Below, in pieces: positions 1-8,305 of a DNA stretch of 32,576 nucleotides; positions within the stretch are counted from its first letter, which is position 1, and each line of letters begins with the position of its first letter. Under the pieces are notes generated by a model. It was given only the letters and a program-made list of their open reading frames with translations. It ran no database searches and had not been told where the DNA came from. Position numbers and translations under genes: made by a program. Source of the stretch: a candidate division WOR-3 bacterium (lineage in GTDB: Bacteria; SDB-A); the NCBI GenBank assembly GCA_016934535.1, contig JAFGSQ010000061.1, positions 1 to 32,576 of the forward strand. The letters are read 5' to 3'.

Positions 1-23
1 AGGTTTAAAAAGAAAAAAAGAAT

Positions 24-261
24 TAACCACTAATTAACGCGAAAAAAGGAAAGAATAAGTTATAACCACGAATTGACACGAATGGACGCGAAAAAGACAG
101 AAAAATATTAACCACGAATCAGATTTTTGAATCGAAGATTCAAAATATCGTTACACGAAGAGACGATAAATGAAAGAAAGAGATATCCACCACGAAGGGT
201 GGGAAGCATCGCTTCCCACCTGCACGAAGGAAAAAATGTAAACATTTTTTCTACACGAAGG
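24..261. repeat. CACGAA-core repeat/hairpin cluster, locus A
   Basis: Contains taaccactaattaacgcgaa (24-43) and taaccacgaattgacacgaatggacgcgaa (63-92). CACGAA cores at 113, 154, 191, 223 and 254 bracket perfect hairpins at 125-145, 198-220 and 230-251. Confidence 0.85.
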
Positions 262-336
262 TTAAGAAAAGAAAAGTATAAAAATCTTACCGTAAAAATG
301 ATACAGTGATATGGCGCAGTGCGGCGCAGTAGTTTG

Positions 337-1386
337 TCACAGTAGCTCATAGTATTTAGTCGGGTCCGTGGCGCTTTGAGCCACCGGTTTGACTATCTTT
401 TTTTCTTCGAGTATCTCAAAATCCCTCTGGGCGGTCCTTCTTGAGCAGAGATTTTTGTTCTGGTGTTCGTTGATTGTTATTTTTCCGTTAATCAGTATTT
501 GTTTCAACGCTTTTATCTGCCTTTCGTTTAAATCCATTTTTCTGTATGTTCGCATTTTCTCTTCGCTGGAGATTATTTTTTCTCCCTTCAGCCGGATTTC
601 AGCCATCTGCGAACTGAGGCCGCTGACGAAATACTCCAACCAGGAGGTCATGTCCATCCTGCTGTTTCTGACAGATTGTATCGCTTTGTAATAGGAAGGT
701 CTGTCTCTGTCGTAAAACTCGGAAAGAGTGAAAAGCTTTTTGAAATCGTAACCGGTTTTGTAGAGAACGAGAGTCGAAAGAAGACGGGCAGCTCTGCCGT
801 TGCCGTCTATAAAAGGATGAATGTGAACGAGCCGAAATTGTGATATACCGGCGGCGAGAACCGGCGACATTTCTCCCGGCTTGTTGAGCCATTTGACGAG
901 CTCTTTCATCAGGGCCGGGACTTTTGAGGGAGGGGGAGGAGTGTAGACAATATTTTTGGTCATTGAGTTAATGAGATAATTTTGTATTTTTCTGTAATTA
1001 CCCGGATCTGATTTGTCATTCCTGACGCCTTTTACCAATATTTCGTGAAGTTTGCATATAATCTCTTCAGTAATCGGATCGTTCTTGCCCAAATATTTGG
1101 ATATAAAAAACATTGCTTTTTTGTAATTTAACAGTTCGCGCCTGTCATTTGGGTCAACGCCCAAAACTTTGTGGCCGGCCAGAATATTTTTCGCCTGATT
1201 GAAGTCGAGGCCGGTCCCTTCGATGTGAGTGGAATGATGGGCTTCAGTTACAAGAGCATTTTTCTGTATGTCGGATATCCAGTCCTCTTTAAGTTTTATG
1301 GCGTCAAGAAAACCGCTCACACGTTCAATTTCCGTGAGATTTTTATTCATTTTGGGAGTTATTCTAAATTTTGTTTTAAAAGACAT
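337..1386 (-). CDS. Fic family protein (class II, N-terminal inhibitory motif) with C-terminal winged HTH
   Basis: Canonical Fic motif HPFIDGNGRAAR; (S/T)xxxE(G/N) inhibitory motif STHIEG upstream; C-terminal LNERQ...SRRTAQRDF HTH. Confidence 0.93.
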   Translation of the reverse strand: MSFKTKFRITPKMNKNLTEIERVSGFLDAIKLKEDWISDIQKNALVTEAHHSTHIEGTGLDFNQAKNILAGHKVLGVDPNDRRELLNYKKAMFFISKYLGKNDPITEEIICKLHEILVKGVRNDKSDPGNYRKIQNYLINSMTKNIVYTPPPPSKVPALMKELVKWLNKPGEMSPVLAAGISQFRLVHIHPFIDGNGRAARLLSTLVLYKTGYDFKKLFTLSEFYDRDRPSYYKAIQSVRNSRMDMTSWLEYFVSGLSSQMAEIRLKGEKIISSEEKMRTYRKMDLNERQIKALKQILINGKITINEHQNKNLCSRRTAQRDFEILEEKKIVKPVAQSATDPTKYYELL

Positions 1387-1553
1387 TTTTCCTCTTTGCT
1401 CGATTATAACTTGTTTTGAATTGAAATAAAATCCGTGTCAATTGATCAGGGCATTTTATATATCCAATATCATTCAGCGATTTTAAATAAAATGATTTAA
1501 TGTTTTTTTAACGCCTAAAAGGTATTGAAATGTTCAAACTCAACAAAGGAGAG

Positions 1554-3158
1554 ATGGTGAAGGCAATTTTAGTTTTAATACTGATGTTGGCAACGGCAGT
1601 CAACGCTTATTCATCTATACGCGATTATCAGAGCGCGAAAATTGTAAGCATAATAGAAGACCAGGACCCCCTGGAACTTCTGCCTAATACAAGCAACGAA
1701 GTCTATCCTTATCTTCCCGATTTGCAGAGCAGGCCAGAAACACCTTCCGGTTACAACGGAGAATGGGGGACGGACAGGCTGATATCGAATGAATGTTGCA
1801 TGGAAAATTCAATAATTTCATTGGACTACGATAATGACGGTTTCCTGTATGTCGTCCTGATTTCGAAAAACAGCCAATATGACACTTTAAAAATATATAA
1901 ATCCGCTGATCAGGGAGTAACGTGGAATAGGATAGTTCAGTTTACTCCTTTAGTTCCCTATAAGATATTTGACGTGGAAATGAGAGTGAATCACACAGGA
2001 AGTGATCCTGACATTTATTTTTTCATGATAGATTCTTTTTCAGTAACAAACAAGAGATCGCTTTGGTTCTGCACTATTGATCAACCATCAATGACTAGTA
2101 ACTGGAAAGAGTTTCCGGACACAGTAACGATATTTGAAAAACCTCTCGAACTTTCGATTGACATCACCGACGAAGCGATACCCGATATCTGGTGCTCATA
2201 TAGCCGCGTGACGGCGTCAAATTACGGTTGGGCTTCAATCCGCTCTTCCGACGCCGGAGTGACATGGAATGTTTTCAGCCACAGCACGAACAGGGGCGGA
2301 AGGGATCCATACATTTCTTTTGGGACTGATTATGTTTATGAGGTGTGCGTTTACACGAACACATCAGACAGCAATGCCATAAGGTGCTGTATCACTGATA
2401 TTGGCGGTGGAGGAGATTATATATGGGTCTCTGATCAAAACCTTCAGGGAAGAACACGTCCCTGCGTTGCGAGCACGAGAATAGCATATCGTGCGAACAG
2501 GGTAGAAGTGCTCTATGAGGAGATTGCAGTTTCGGGGGAAATAATAAAAGAATCCTTCAGCAATGACGCCGGTCAGACTTGGACTTTGTCTCAACTATGG
2601 CCGATGACGGGTGATGCCGAGTCTGTTCATCCTTACGTCAGATCGGGTTGGCAGACGGGTGTATGCAGCGAATTTTGCGCTGTGGCAGCCATTCCGGGTG
2701 TTTTCGATTCTTTAGTTGTCGCTTACAATGTTGACGGGAACTGGACCGGCAGAATAACAGTAAACGAATACAAGGTGACCGGTGAAGTCACGTCTCAAGC
2801 TACTGTCACCTTAGGCGGAAGGGCTGTAGTATATCGTCAATACGGATCAGACAATGTTTGGTTTGACTCGAATGACAATGTCGCCGTTGAAGAAATCCCT
2901 TCTGAAGTCTTTCTGGATTGGAATATCACAGGACAGAATAATATTGTAAGGGTCAGTTTTACTCTTGAGACGCCGCAGTCAGTGACGTTGAAAATGTACG
3001 ATGTTCTCGGCAGAAATGTCCTGACGGAAGATTTCGGGAAGGTTTCTGAGGGAAGTCATTCTTATGTCCTGAACGCAGCGGAGATGAGTTCGGGCAGGTA
3101 TTTCGTCAGCGTAAGGGCAGGGGATCGGAATCTCTCAAAGCCTATTGTTCTTTTTTAG
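1554..3158 (+). CDS. Secreted Asp-box/BNR repeat (sialidase-like propeller) protein with T9SS-type C-terminal domain
   Basis: SD aaggag precedes ATG 1554 (ORF track starts at 1530). Signal peptide; Asp boxes KSADQGVTW, SSDAGVTW, SNDAGQTW; AVEE linker then YDVLGR...SGRYF CTD. Confidence 0.82.
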   Translation: MVKAILVLILMLATAVNAYSSIRDYQSAKIVSIIEDQDPLELLPNTSNEVYPYLPDLQSRPETPSGYNGEWGTDRLISNECCMENSIISLDYDNDGFLYVVLISKNSQYDTLKIYKSADQGVTWNRIVQFTPLVPYKIFDVEMRVNHTGSDPDIYFFMIDSFSVTNKRSLWFCTIDQPSMTSNWKEFPDTVTIFEKPLELSIDITDEAIPDIWCSYSRVTASNYGWASIRSSDAGVTWNVFSHSTNRGGRDPYISFGTDYVYEVCVYTNTSDSNAIRCCITDIGGGGDYIWVSDQNLQGRTRPCVASTRIAYRANRVEVLYEEIAVSGEIIKESFSNDAGQTWTLSQLWPMTGDAESVHPYVRSGWQTGVCSEFCAVAAIPGVFDSLVVAYNVDGNWTGRITVNEYKVTGEVTSQATVTLGGRAVVYRQYGSDNVWFDSNDNVAVEEIPSEVFLDWNITGQNNIVRVSFTLETPQSVTLKMYDVLGRNVLTEDFGKVSEGSHSYVLNAAEMSSGRYFVSVRAGDRNLSKPIVLF

Positions 3159-3181
3159 ATAATTGATTCATTGATAATAAC

Positions 3182-3209
3182 AAAGGCGGGAATAAATCCG
3201 CCTTTTTTT
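3182..3209 (+). terminator. Rho-independent terminator
   Basis: aaaggcgg/ccgccttt stem followed by a T-run, just downstream of the 1554-3158 stop. Confidence 0.8.
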
Positions 3210-3260
3210 GTTATCAGTGGTTATGTTTTTTGCTAATAAAATTTAAGAAAGAGGAAATTT

Positions 3261-3586
3261 AAACCACGAAGCGGGATAAAGCCTTACTTTATCCCTTCAC
3301 GAAGGTGAAGAAAAAAAACAAATAGATTATTCTTAATAAAATTTGTATTACTTCGTGTAGGGCACTTATTTGTCTTTAGCAAATAAGTGAACTTTCGTGT
3401 AGAAGGGTATTGCTGCTGTAATACCCTTCGCTTCGTTGTAAAAATTATTTTTGGTTTTTCTTCGTAATGCATCAAATAAGTGAATTAGCAGTCGTGGTAG
3501 AAATTGTATTTAGTCTTTACAGAATAAAAAACAAGAAGAGATGTCAACCACGAAGGAAAAAATGTAAACAATCCATCTTCACGAAG
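3261..3586. repeat. CACGAA-core repeat/hairpin cluster, locus B
   Basis: Forward cores 3265 and 3298 around hairpin 3273-3295. Inverted TTCGTG cores 3352 and 3394 (degenerate ones at 3432 and about 3491) around hairpins 3363-3389 and 3402-3429. Forward cores again at 3549 and 3580. 3549-3570 is identical to 223-244 (22 bp). Confidence 0.85.
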
Positions 3587-3729
3587 CCGTCTATTTTTAC
3601 TCTGTCGGAAAGTAAGAATGGTTTATAAATTTACTTATGAATTGCTTGCTTTTTAATCGTCAAAACTTTGGTATGATTTTTTCCCTTTTCGTAATAAAAT
3701 TATGTTAACAGTTTAAGACAGGAGGAAAA

Positions 3730-4167
3730 ATGGCGTTACTCGATTTTGTAAAAGACGCGGGTAAAAACCTTATCAAAGACGCAAAACAGGCGACTTTGAA
3801 ACCCGAAGATTTGGCCAATGAATTGAAACTGCACGGATTTGAGATTCAGGATCTCAAGATCGGAGTCGACAAGGAAAAAGTCCTCGTTTCTGGAAAAGCA
3901 AAATCTCAGGAAGAAAGGGAAAAAGCCATTCTGTGTCTCGGAAACATAAAGGGCGTCGCTCAGATAGACGACAAGATCGCCATCGGTAAGGCCGAACCCG
4001 AATCGGGATATTATACTGTCAAATCCGGAGACACCCTTTCGAAAATCTCCAAGGAACAATACGGGGACCCGAACAAATACAACACAATCTTCGAGGCAAA
4101 CAAACCCATGCTGAAAGACGTTAACAAGATATACCCGGGTCAGGTTCTCAGGATACCCAAAAAGTAA
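3730..4167 (+). CDS. kbp: BON + LysM domain protein (Kbp/YgaU family)
   Basis: N-terminal LDFVKDAGK, BON domain, LysM YTVKSGDTLSKISKEQYG...IYPGQVLRIP; SD ggagg. Confidence 0.9.
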   Translation: MALLDFVKDAGKNLIKDAKQATLKPEDLANELKLHGFEIQDLKIGVDKEKVLVSGKAKSQEEREKAILCLGNIKGVAQIDDKIAIGKAEPESGYYTVKSGDTLSKISKEQYGDPNKYNTIFEANKPMLKDVNKIYPGQVLRIPKK

Positions 4168-4182
4168 TAGTTTTAACTTCAA

Positions 4183-4220
4183 GGTGTGTCATATATCCAT
4201 GATGACACACCATTTTTTTT
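4183..4220 (+). terminator. Rho-independent terminator after kbp
   Basis: Perfect 10-bp stem ggtgtgtcat/atgacacacc followed by A and 8 T. Confidence 0.75.
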
Positions 4221-4247
4221 AATATTTGTAATGTTAAGGAGAAAAAC

Positions 4248-4745
4248 ATGGGATTGCTTGAATCGATTCTGAATTCCGATGCGTCACCTCTGAATAAAAT
4301 CGGAGATAAATTCGGGCTCAGTGAACAGCAGACCGCGGAAGTGGTAAAATTGTTTCTACCTGCTTTAACAGAAGGTATTAAAAAAAATGTGTCCCAAAAA
4401 GGGGGACTGGAAAGTTTGCTCGGTGCGCTCGCCAACGGGAATCACGATAAATATCTGAACGACGCGAATTCGCTGGATTCAGACAATGCAATTTCGGACG
4501 GCAACGGGATCCTCGGTCATGTGCTTAAAAACAAAGAAGTCAGTAAACAACTTGCAAAAAAGACCTCTGAAATTACGGGGGTAGATTCAAAAATACTTGA
4601 AAAAATGCTGCCTCTGGCGGCAGGACTGGCGATGGGAGCGCTGAAAAAACAGGGAGGAAAATCGGGTATTGTTTCCCAGCTTGTAGGAAGTGCACCGGCG
4701 CCATCAGCCCTTGATACAGTTATGTCTTTATTGAGCGGAGATTAA
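4248..4745 (+). CDS. DUF937 family protein (C-terminus possibly chimeric or truncated)
   Basis: Family-like pattern GNGILGHVL...LEKMLPLAAGLAMGAL; SD aaggag. Confidence 0.78.
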   Translation: MGLLESILNSDASPLNKIGDKFGLSEQQTAEVVKLFLPALTEGIKKNVSQKGGLESLLGALANGNHDKYLNDANSLDSDNAISDGNGILGHVLKNKEVSKQLAKKTSEITGVDSKILEKMLPLAAGLAMGALKKQGGKSGIVSQLVGSAPAPSALDTVMSLLSGD

Positions 4746-4890
4746 TAGTCAATCAGTCGAATATACGACTAAAGCGAACAGAGCGCTGATCGAAATCGCT
4801 TACAGAAGAACACCTTCTCTGAAAGACACACCTGATGAAATTCTCGATCTGGTCGCAGAGTATCCGAAGTCTACAAAAGCGATAAAGTAG
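4735..4890 (+). pseudogene. Start-less 3' gene remnant (about 50 codons), possibly the tail of a linear amide C-N hydrolase
   Basis: Open frame AEINSQSVEYTTKANRALIEIAYRRTPSLKDTPDEILDLVAEYPKSTKAIK* with coding-like composition and no upstream start or SD. The family assignment is from memory only. Confidence 0.45.
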
Positions 4891-4911
4891 AATAATTAAG
4901 TTAATACGCTG

Positions 4912-6327
4912 TTATTTTTCAAGACCTGTAGGAGATCCGTACCATACGAAAATTGCTCCCTGCGTGTCGTCTTCGAGCGTAATTCCGGATGCTCCTGCAA
5001 CAATGTCGTCAAAACCATCGCCGTTTACATCGCCGGCACAGGAAACTGTAATGCCTAACAGCGCATTTTCGACATCGGATTCAATTAACGAATAAGAAGA
5101 ATTTGAAAGGCCTGTGGGCGAACCGTAGAAAAGATAAACTGCTCCTTCCATACTCTCGCCGTTTTTATAACCGTGGGCTCCGACAATGACGTCGCCGTAA
5201 CCGTCGCCGTTTATGTCTCCGGCGGCCGAAACATCGTATCCGAAAACGGAATTTTCAATTCCTGACGCAAAGGACCAGTTCAACAGGTCCGAAAGACCGG
5301 AGGAAGATCCGCTGAACGAAAACGCTGCGCCCTGCCAGGCCTCGCCGCCGCTGAACATCGGCGCCCCGATCAAAACTTCGTCGTATCCGTCGCCGTTGAC
5401 GTCGCCGGCAGAGGAGACCGAGGTTCCGTATTCAGTTCCTATCTGAACGGGCATGGCTGTCCAGTCGGGCTCCGAGGGGAGCCCTGATCCGGTGCCGTAA
5501 AAAACCAGCGCGGAGCCGAATTCCTCATCCGCGAAGTCGAAATAAGGCGCTCCAGCAATAATGTCGGAAAAACCGTCGCCGTTTACGTCCCCGGCACTGG
5601 AAACAGACCATCCGAGGTTTGACCATTCCTGATCGGATTCATAGGACCAGTCATAATTTTTGGAGGGGCCGGAAGAAGATCCGTAATAGACGAAAATCCC
5701 GCCCTCATATTCCTGATAGTTGGAGAAATTGTAAGAACCTGCTACGATGTCAGAATATCCGTCTTTATTGATGTCGCCTGCTGATGAAACCGAAGATCCG
5801 AAAAATGCTTCGAGTTGATTTATTTCGGATGTCCAATCAGGAGTTTCAGAGAGTCCTTCAGGCGATCCGTAATATATAAAAACCCTTCCCTTGTCATTTT
5901 GTTCGTCGCCGTATCCCGGTGATCCGATAATGACGTCCGAATAACCGTCGCCGTTGACATCGCCGGCTCCGGACACAGCCCATCCGAATTTAGCTTCCAC
6001 CAGGTCGGATTCCGCCAACCAGTCCGGAGAAGATGATAAGCCGTTTTCAGATCCGTAAAAAACTAGAGCGGCTCCTTCGAAAGGTTCCTCATCCATGAAG
6101 TACGGGACCCCCGCGATAATGTCGTCGTATCCGTCTCCGTTAACGTCGCCGGCAGAAGACACGGAAGTCACGGAAAGACCTAAATTCGCATAAATGTGTT
6201 TGGTGGAAAAAGTCCAATCGGAATCAAAAGAAGAAAATAGAACGAAATCTTTTGCAAAAAAAGTCAATGTCAACAGAACAATCAATTTTTTAAACGTTCC
6301 ATACGATATTAATCTTATTCCTTTCAC
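4912..6327 (-). CDS. FG-GAP / integrin-alpha beta-propeller repeat protein
   Basis: Seven repeats of G.SVS.AGDVNGDG(Y/F).D.I.GA....G.VF..YGS; N-terminal hydrophobic segment; GTG start with SD aagggg. Confidence 0.93.
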   Translation of the reverse strand: MKGIRLISYGTFKKLIVLLTLTFFAKDFVLFSSFDSDWTFSTKHIYANLGLSVTSVSSAGDVNGDGYDDIIAGVPYFMDEEPFEGAALVFYGSENGLSSSPDWLAESDLVEAKFGWAVSGAGDVNGDGYSDVIIGSPGYGDEQNDKGRVFIYYGSPEGLSETPDWTSEINQLEAFFGSSVSSAGDINKDGYSDIVAGSYNFSNYQEYEGGIFVYYGSSSGPSKNYDWSYESDQEWSNLGWSVSSAGDVNGDGFSDIIAGAPYFDFADEEFGSALVFYGTGSGLPSEPDWTAMPVQIGTEYGTSVSSAGDVNGDGYDEVLIGAPMFSGGEAWQGAAFSFSGSSSGLSDLLNWSFASGIENSVFGYDVSAAGDINGDGYGDVIVGAHGYKNGESMEGAVYLFYGSPTGLSNSSYSLIESDVENALLGITVSCAGDVNGDGFDDIVAGASGITLEDDTQGAIFVWYGSPTGLEK

Positions 6328-6481
6328 AACAATTCCCCTTTAAAGAATTTTATAAAATCTCTTTTATTATAAGAATTAAACACCATTTGTCATACAAAAT
6401 AAACAGAGTATTATCATGAAATATCTCTTGCATTGGAATAAATTACTGAATAATTTAGGTTTAAACCGTTTGTAATAAAAA

Positions 6482-8083
6482 ATGAAAAAAATAAACACAC
6501 TTTTCCTTTGCATATTTGTTTATTCAGCTACAGTTATTATTCTCGTTGTCTCGGGCATTAGATCAAATTCCGGAACATTTGTTTACCCTCTCGATGACAC
6601 GTACATACACATGGCTTTAGCCCGGAATTTTGCCGGCAACGGAGTATGGGGTGTCAACGGAAATACACATTCTTTTTGTTCTTCGTCACCTCTTTGGACG
6701 TTGCTGTTATCATCTTTATATTTTGTTATTGGAAGCAGCATCTGGCTGCCACTGGTTCTCAATATTGCATTCGGAGTGTTGTTTATAATTTTTGCTTTTA
6801 ATTTTCTGCATAAAACCATGAATCTGACCGCCACTTTTTTTGCGGTGAATCTTTTGGTGTTTTCAATTTCACTGCCTGCTTTGACTTTAATCGCCATGGA
6901 ACATGTTTTACATATTTTGCTGACTGCGGTATTTTTGTATTTTGCGTCTGATCTTATCGGACGTGATAAATGCGGAAAATCGGGTGTCGTGAAAATTTCC
7001 TTTATCGCTTTTTTGCTTTCTTCTGTGAGATATGAGGGAATTTTCGCAGTTCTATCGGTTTGTTTGTTCCTGCTTTTTATCAAAAAATACAAAACAGCTG
7101 TGATTGTCGGGACTTCGGGTGTTATGCCGGCTTTTATACACGGTGCTTTTTCAACAGCCAAAGGATGGAAGTTTTTTCCAAGTTCAGTGCTTATAAAAAG
7201 AGCCTCTCTTTCGTTCAGTTCATTTGAAAGAATTTTGGATTCAATCGGAGGTTTGGCCATCAGGAAACTCTGGTCCTGTCATGCGCTTTTGTCTGTTTTG
7301 GCTCTGATAATTATAAGCTTTTATATAAAGAATTCAGAATCCGAGGAGAAAAGTTTAAGGAACAATTATCTTTTTCCCGTGGTTATTCTGGTTACTATTT
7401 TGCATCTGCAATTTGCCGCATTAGGCTGGATATATCGGTACGAAGCATATCTTATCGCTTTGGGACTTTTGATTTCATTGCCGATCATATCGAAGAAGCT
7501 GTTTATTCTTTTAAGGAACTGGACAAGACCTGTACAGCCGGTAAAATTGCTCGTTTTATGCGTATCAATGTTGATAATCGTTTTTCCTCTGGTTGACAGA
7601 GGCAGAAAAATGACCAGAGACGTTTATTATGCGATGAACGACAGATATCTGGAACACGTATTTCCAGCTCTTTTTTTGGAAAAATATTATGATGGTGCAG
7701 TGATTGTACTCAACGACATTGGAATAGCGTCATATTACTGTGACTGCAAAATCTTAGATGTTTCCGGTTTAGGCAGTATAGAACCGTTGAACTTCAGAAT
7801 GAAAACGGACGGATATACAAAAGATGATGTGTACGAATGGTCGAGTTCGGAAAATGCCCGGATCGCGATAATTCAAGTTAAATGGAAAGAAATCGCACAG
7901 AAGATTCCGGATCAGTGGGTGAAGGTCTGTCAATGGGAAATCCCGAGGAATACTGTATTCGGAGACACGGTCGTCGGATTTTTCGGTACGGATTCGGCTC
8001 AGGCATTAAAATTGAAGGAAAATATTATAGATTTCTCAAACTATATGCCAAGAAATATCCATATAACATGGGAACTAATGTAA
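6482..8083 (+). CDS. Polytopic membrane protein, GT-C-like glycosyltransferase
   Basis: Many TM helices; LDDTYIH...ARN after TM1, SSPLW, ME and RYEG motifs; soluble C-terminal domain with DIG...ILDVSGL. Confidence 0.65.
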   Translation: MKKINTLFLCIFVYSATVIILVVSGIRSNSGTFVYPLDDTYIHMALARNFAGNGVWGVNGNTHSFCSSSPLWTLLLSSLYFVIGSSIWLPLVLNIAFGVLFIIFAFNFLHKTMNLTATFFAVNLLVFSISLPALTLIAMEHVLHILLTAVFLYFASDLIGRDKCGKSGVVKISFIAFLLSSVRYEGIFAVLSVCLFLLFIKKYKTAVIVGTSGVMPAFIHGAFSTAKGWKFFPSSVLIKRASLSFSSFERILDSIGGLAIRKLWSCHALLSVLALIIISFYIKNSESEEKSLRNNYLFPVVILVTILHLQFAALGWIYRYEAYLIALGLLISLPIISKKLFILLRNWTRPVQPVKLLVLCVSMLIIVFPLVDRGRKMTRDVYYAMNDRYLEHVFPALFLEKYYDGAVIVLNDIGIASYYCDCKILDVSGLGSIEPLNFRMKTDGYTKDDVYEWSSSENARIAIIQVKWKEIAQKIPDQWVKVCQWEIPRNTVFGDTVVGFFGTDSAQALKLKENIIDFSNYMPRNIHITWELM

Positions 8084-8085
8084 GA

Positions 8086-8163
8086 TGGCGGGGTAGACGG
8101 GACTCGAACCCGCGGCCTCTGGCTTGACAGGCCAGTGTGCTAACCAAACTGCACCACTACCCC
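8086..8163 (-). tRNA. tRNA-Asp (GTC)
   Basis: Minus strand reads GGGGTAG...ctggc-CT-GTC-AA-gccag...GGTTCGAGTCC...CTACCCC-G-CCA. The cloverleaf is complete, with encoded CCA and discriminator G. Confidence 0.97.
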
Positions 8164-8176
8164 TCTGGAATAAGGA

Positions 8177-8204
8177 ATTATAAGTAATTGAAAATTAAAG
8201 TCAA
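8177..8204 (-). promoter_or_regulatory. Sigma70-type promoter for tRNA-Asp
   Basis: Minus strand TTGACT (8204-8199), 16-nt spacer, TATAAT (8182-8177), 13 nt upstream of the tRNA 5' end. Confidence 0.75.
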
Positions 8205-8305
8205 GGATTTTAGTAGAGAAGAGAACTGAAGAACTTCCACCACGGTTATAATGTAGTGTGAAAAAAGAATATAAGAAACTAACCGCAAAAAAGAAAGAAA
8301 AAAAT

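Noticed and set aside
24-261. CRISPR or TIGR array interpretation of the CACGAA repeats
   Set aside because: The cores are only 6-9 bp, unit length is irregular, the spacers are self-complementary, and no cas or Nop-domain (Tas) gene is in the window.
108-350. Short ORFs over repeat loci (108-350, 127-309, 3284-3475)
   Set aside because: They have low-complexity translations with no SD or recognisable motif and are explained by the non-coding repeats.
3261-3500. Canonical integron attC sites
   Set aside because: No clean RYYYAAC...GTTRRRY pair with L boxes, no integrase, and the flanking genes are not a co-oriented cassette array. Only the structural analogy is kept.
4912-4940. FG-GAP protein having lost a T9SS CTD (ends GSPTGLEK)
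   Set aside because: YGSPTGL is simply the end of the FG-GAP repeat unit, and no CTD remnant follows the stop.
7882-8127. 81-aa ORF ending WRGRRDSNPRPLA
   Set aside because: This is the typical antisense translation of a tRNA gene, and it overlaps a real CDS in another frame.
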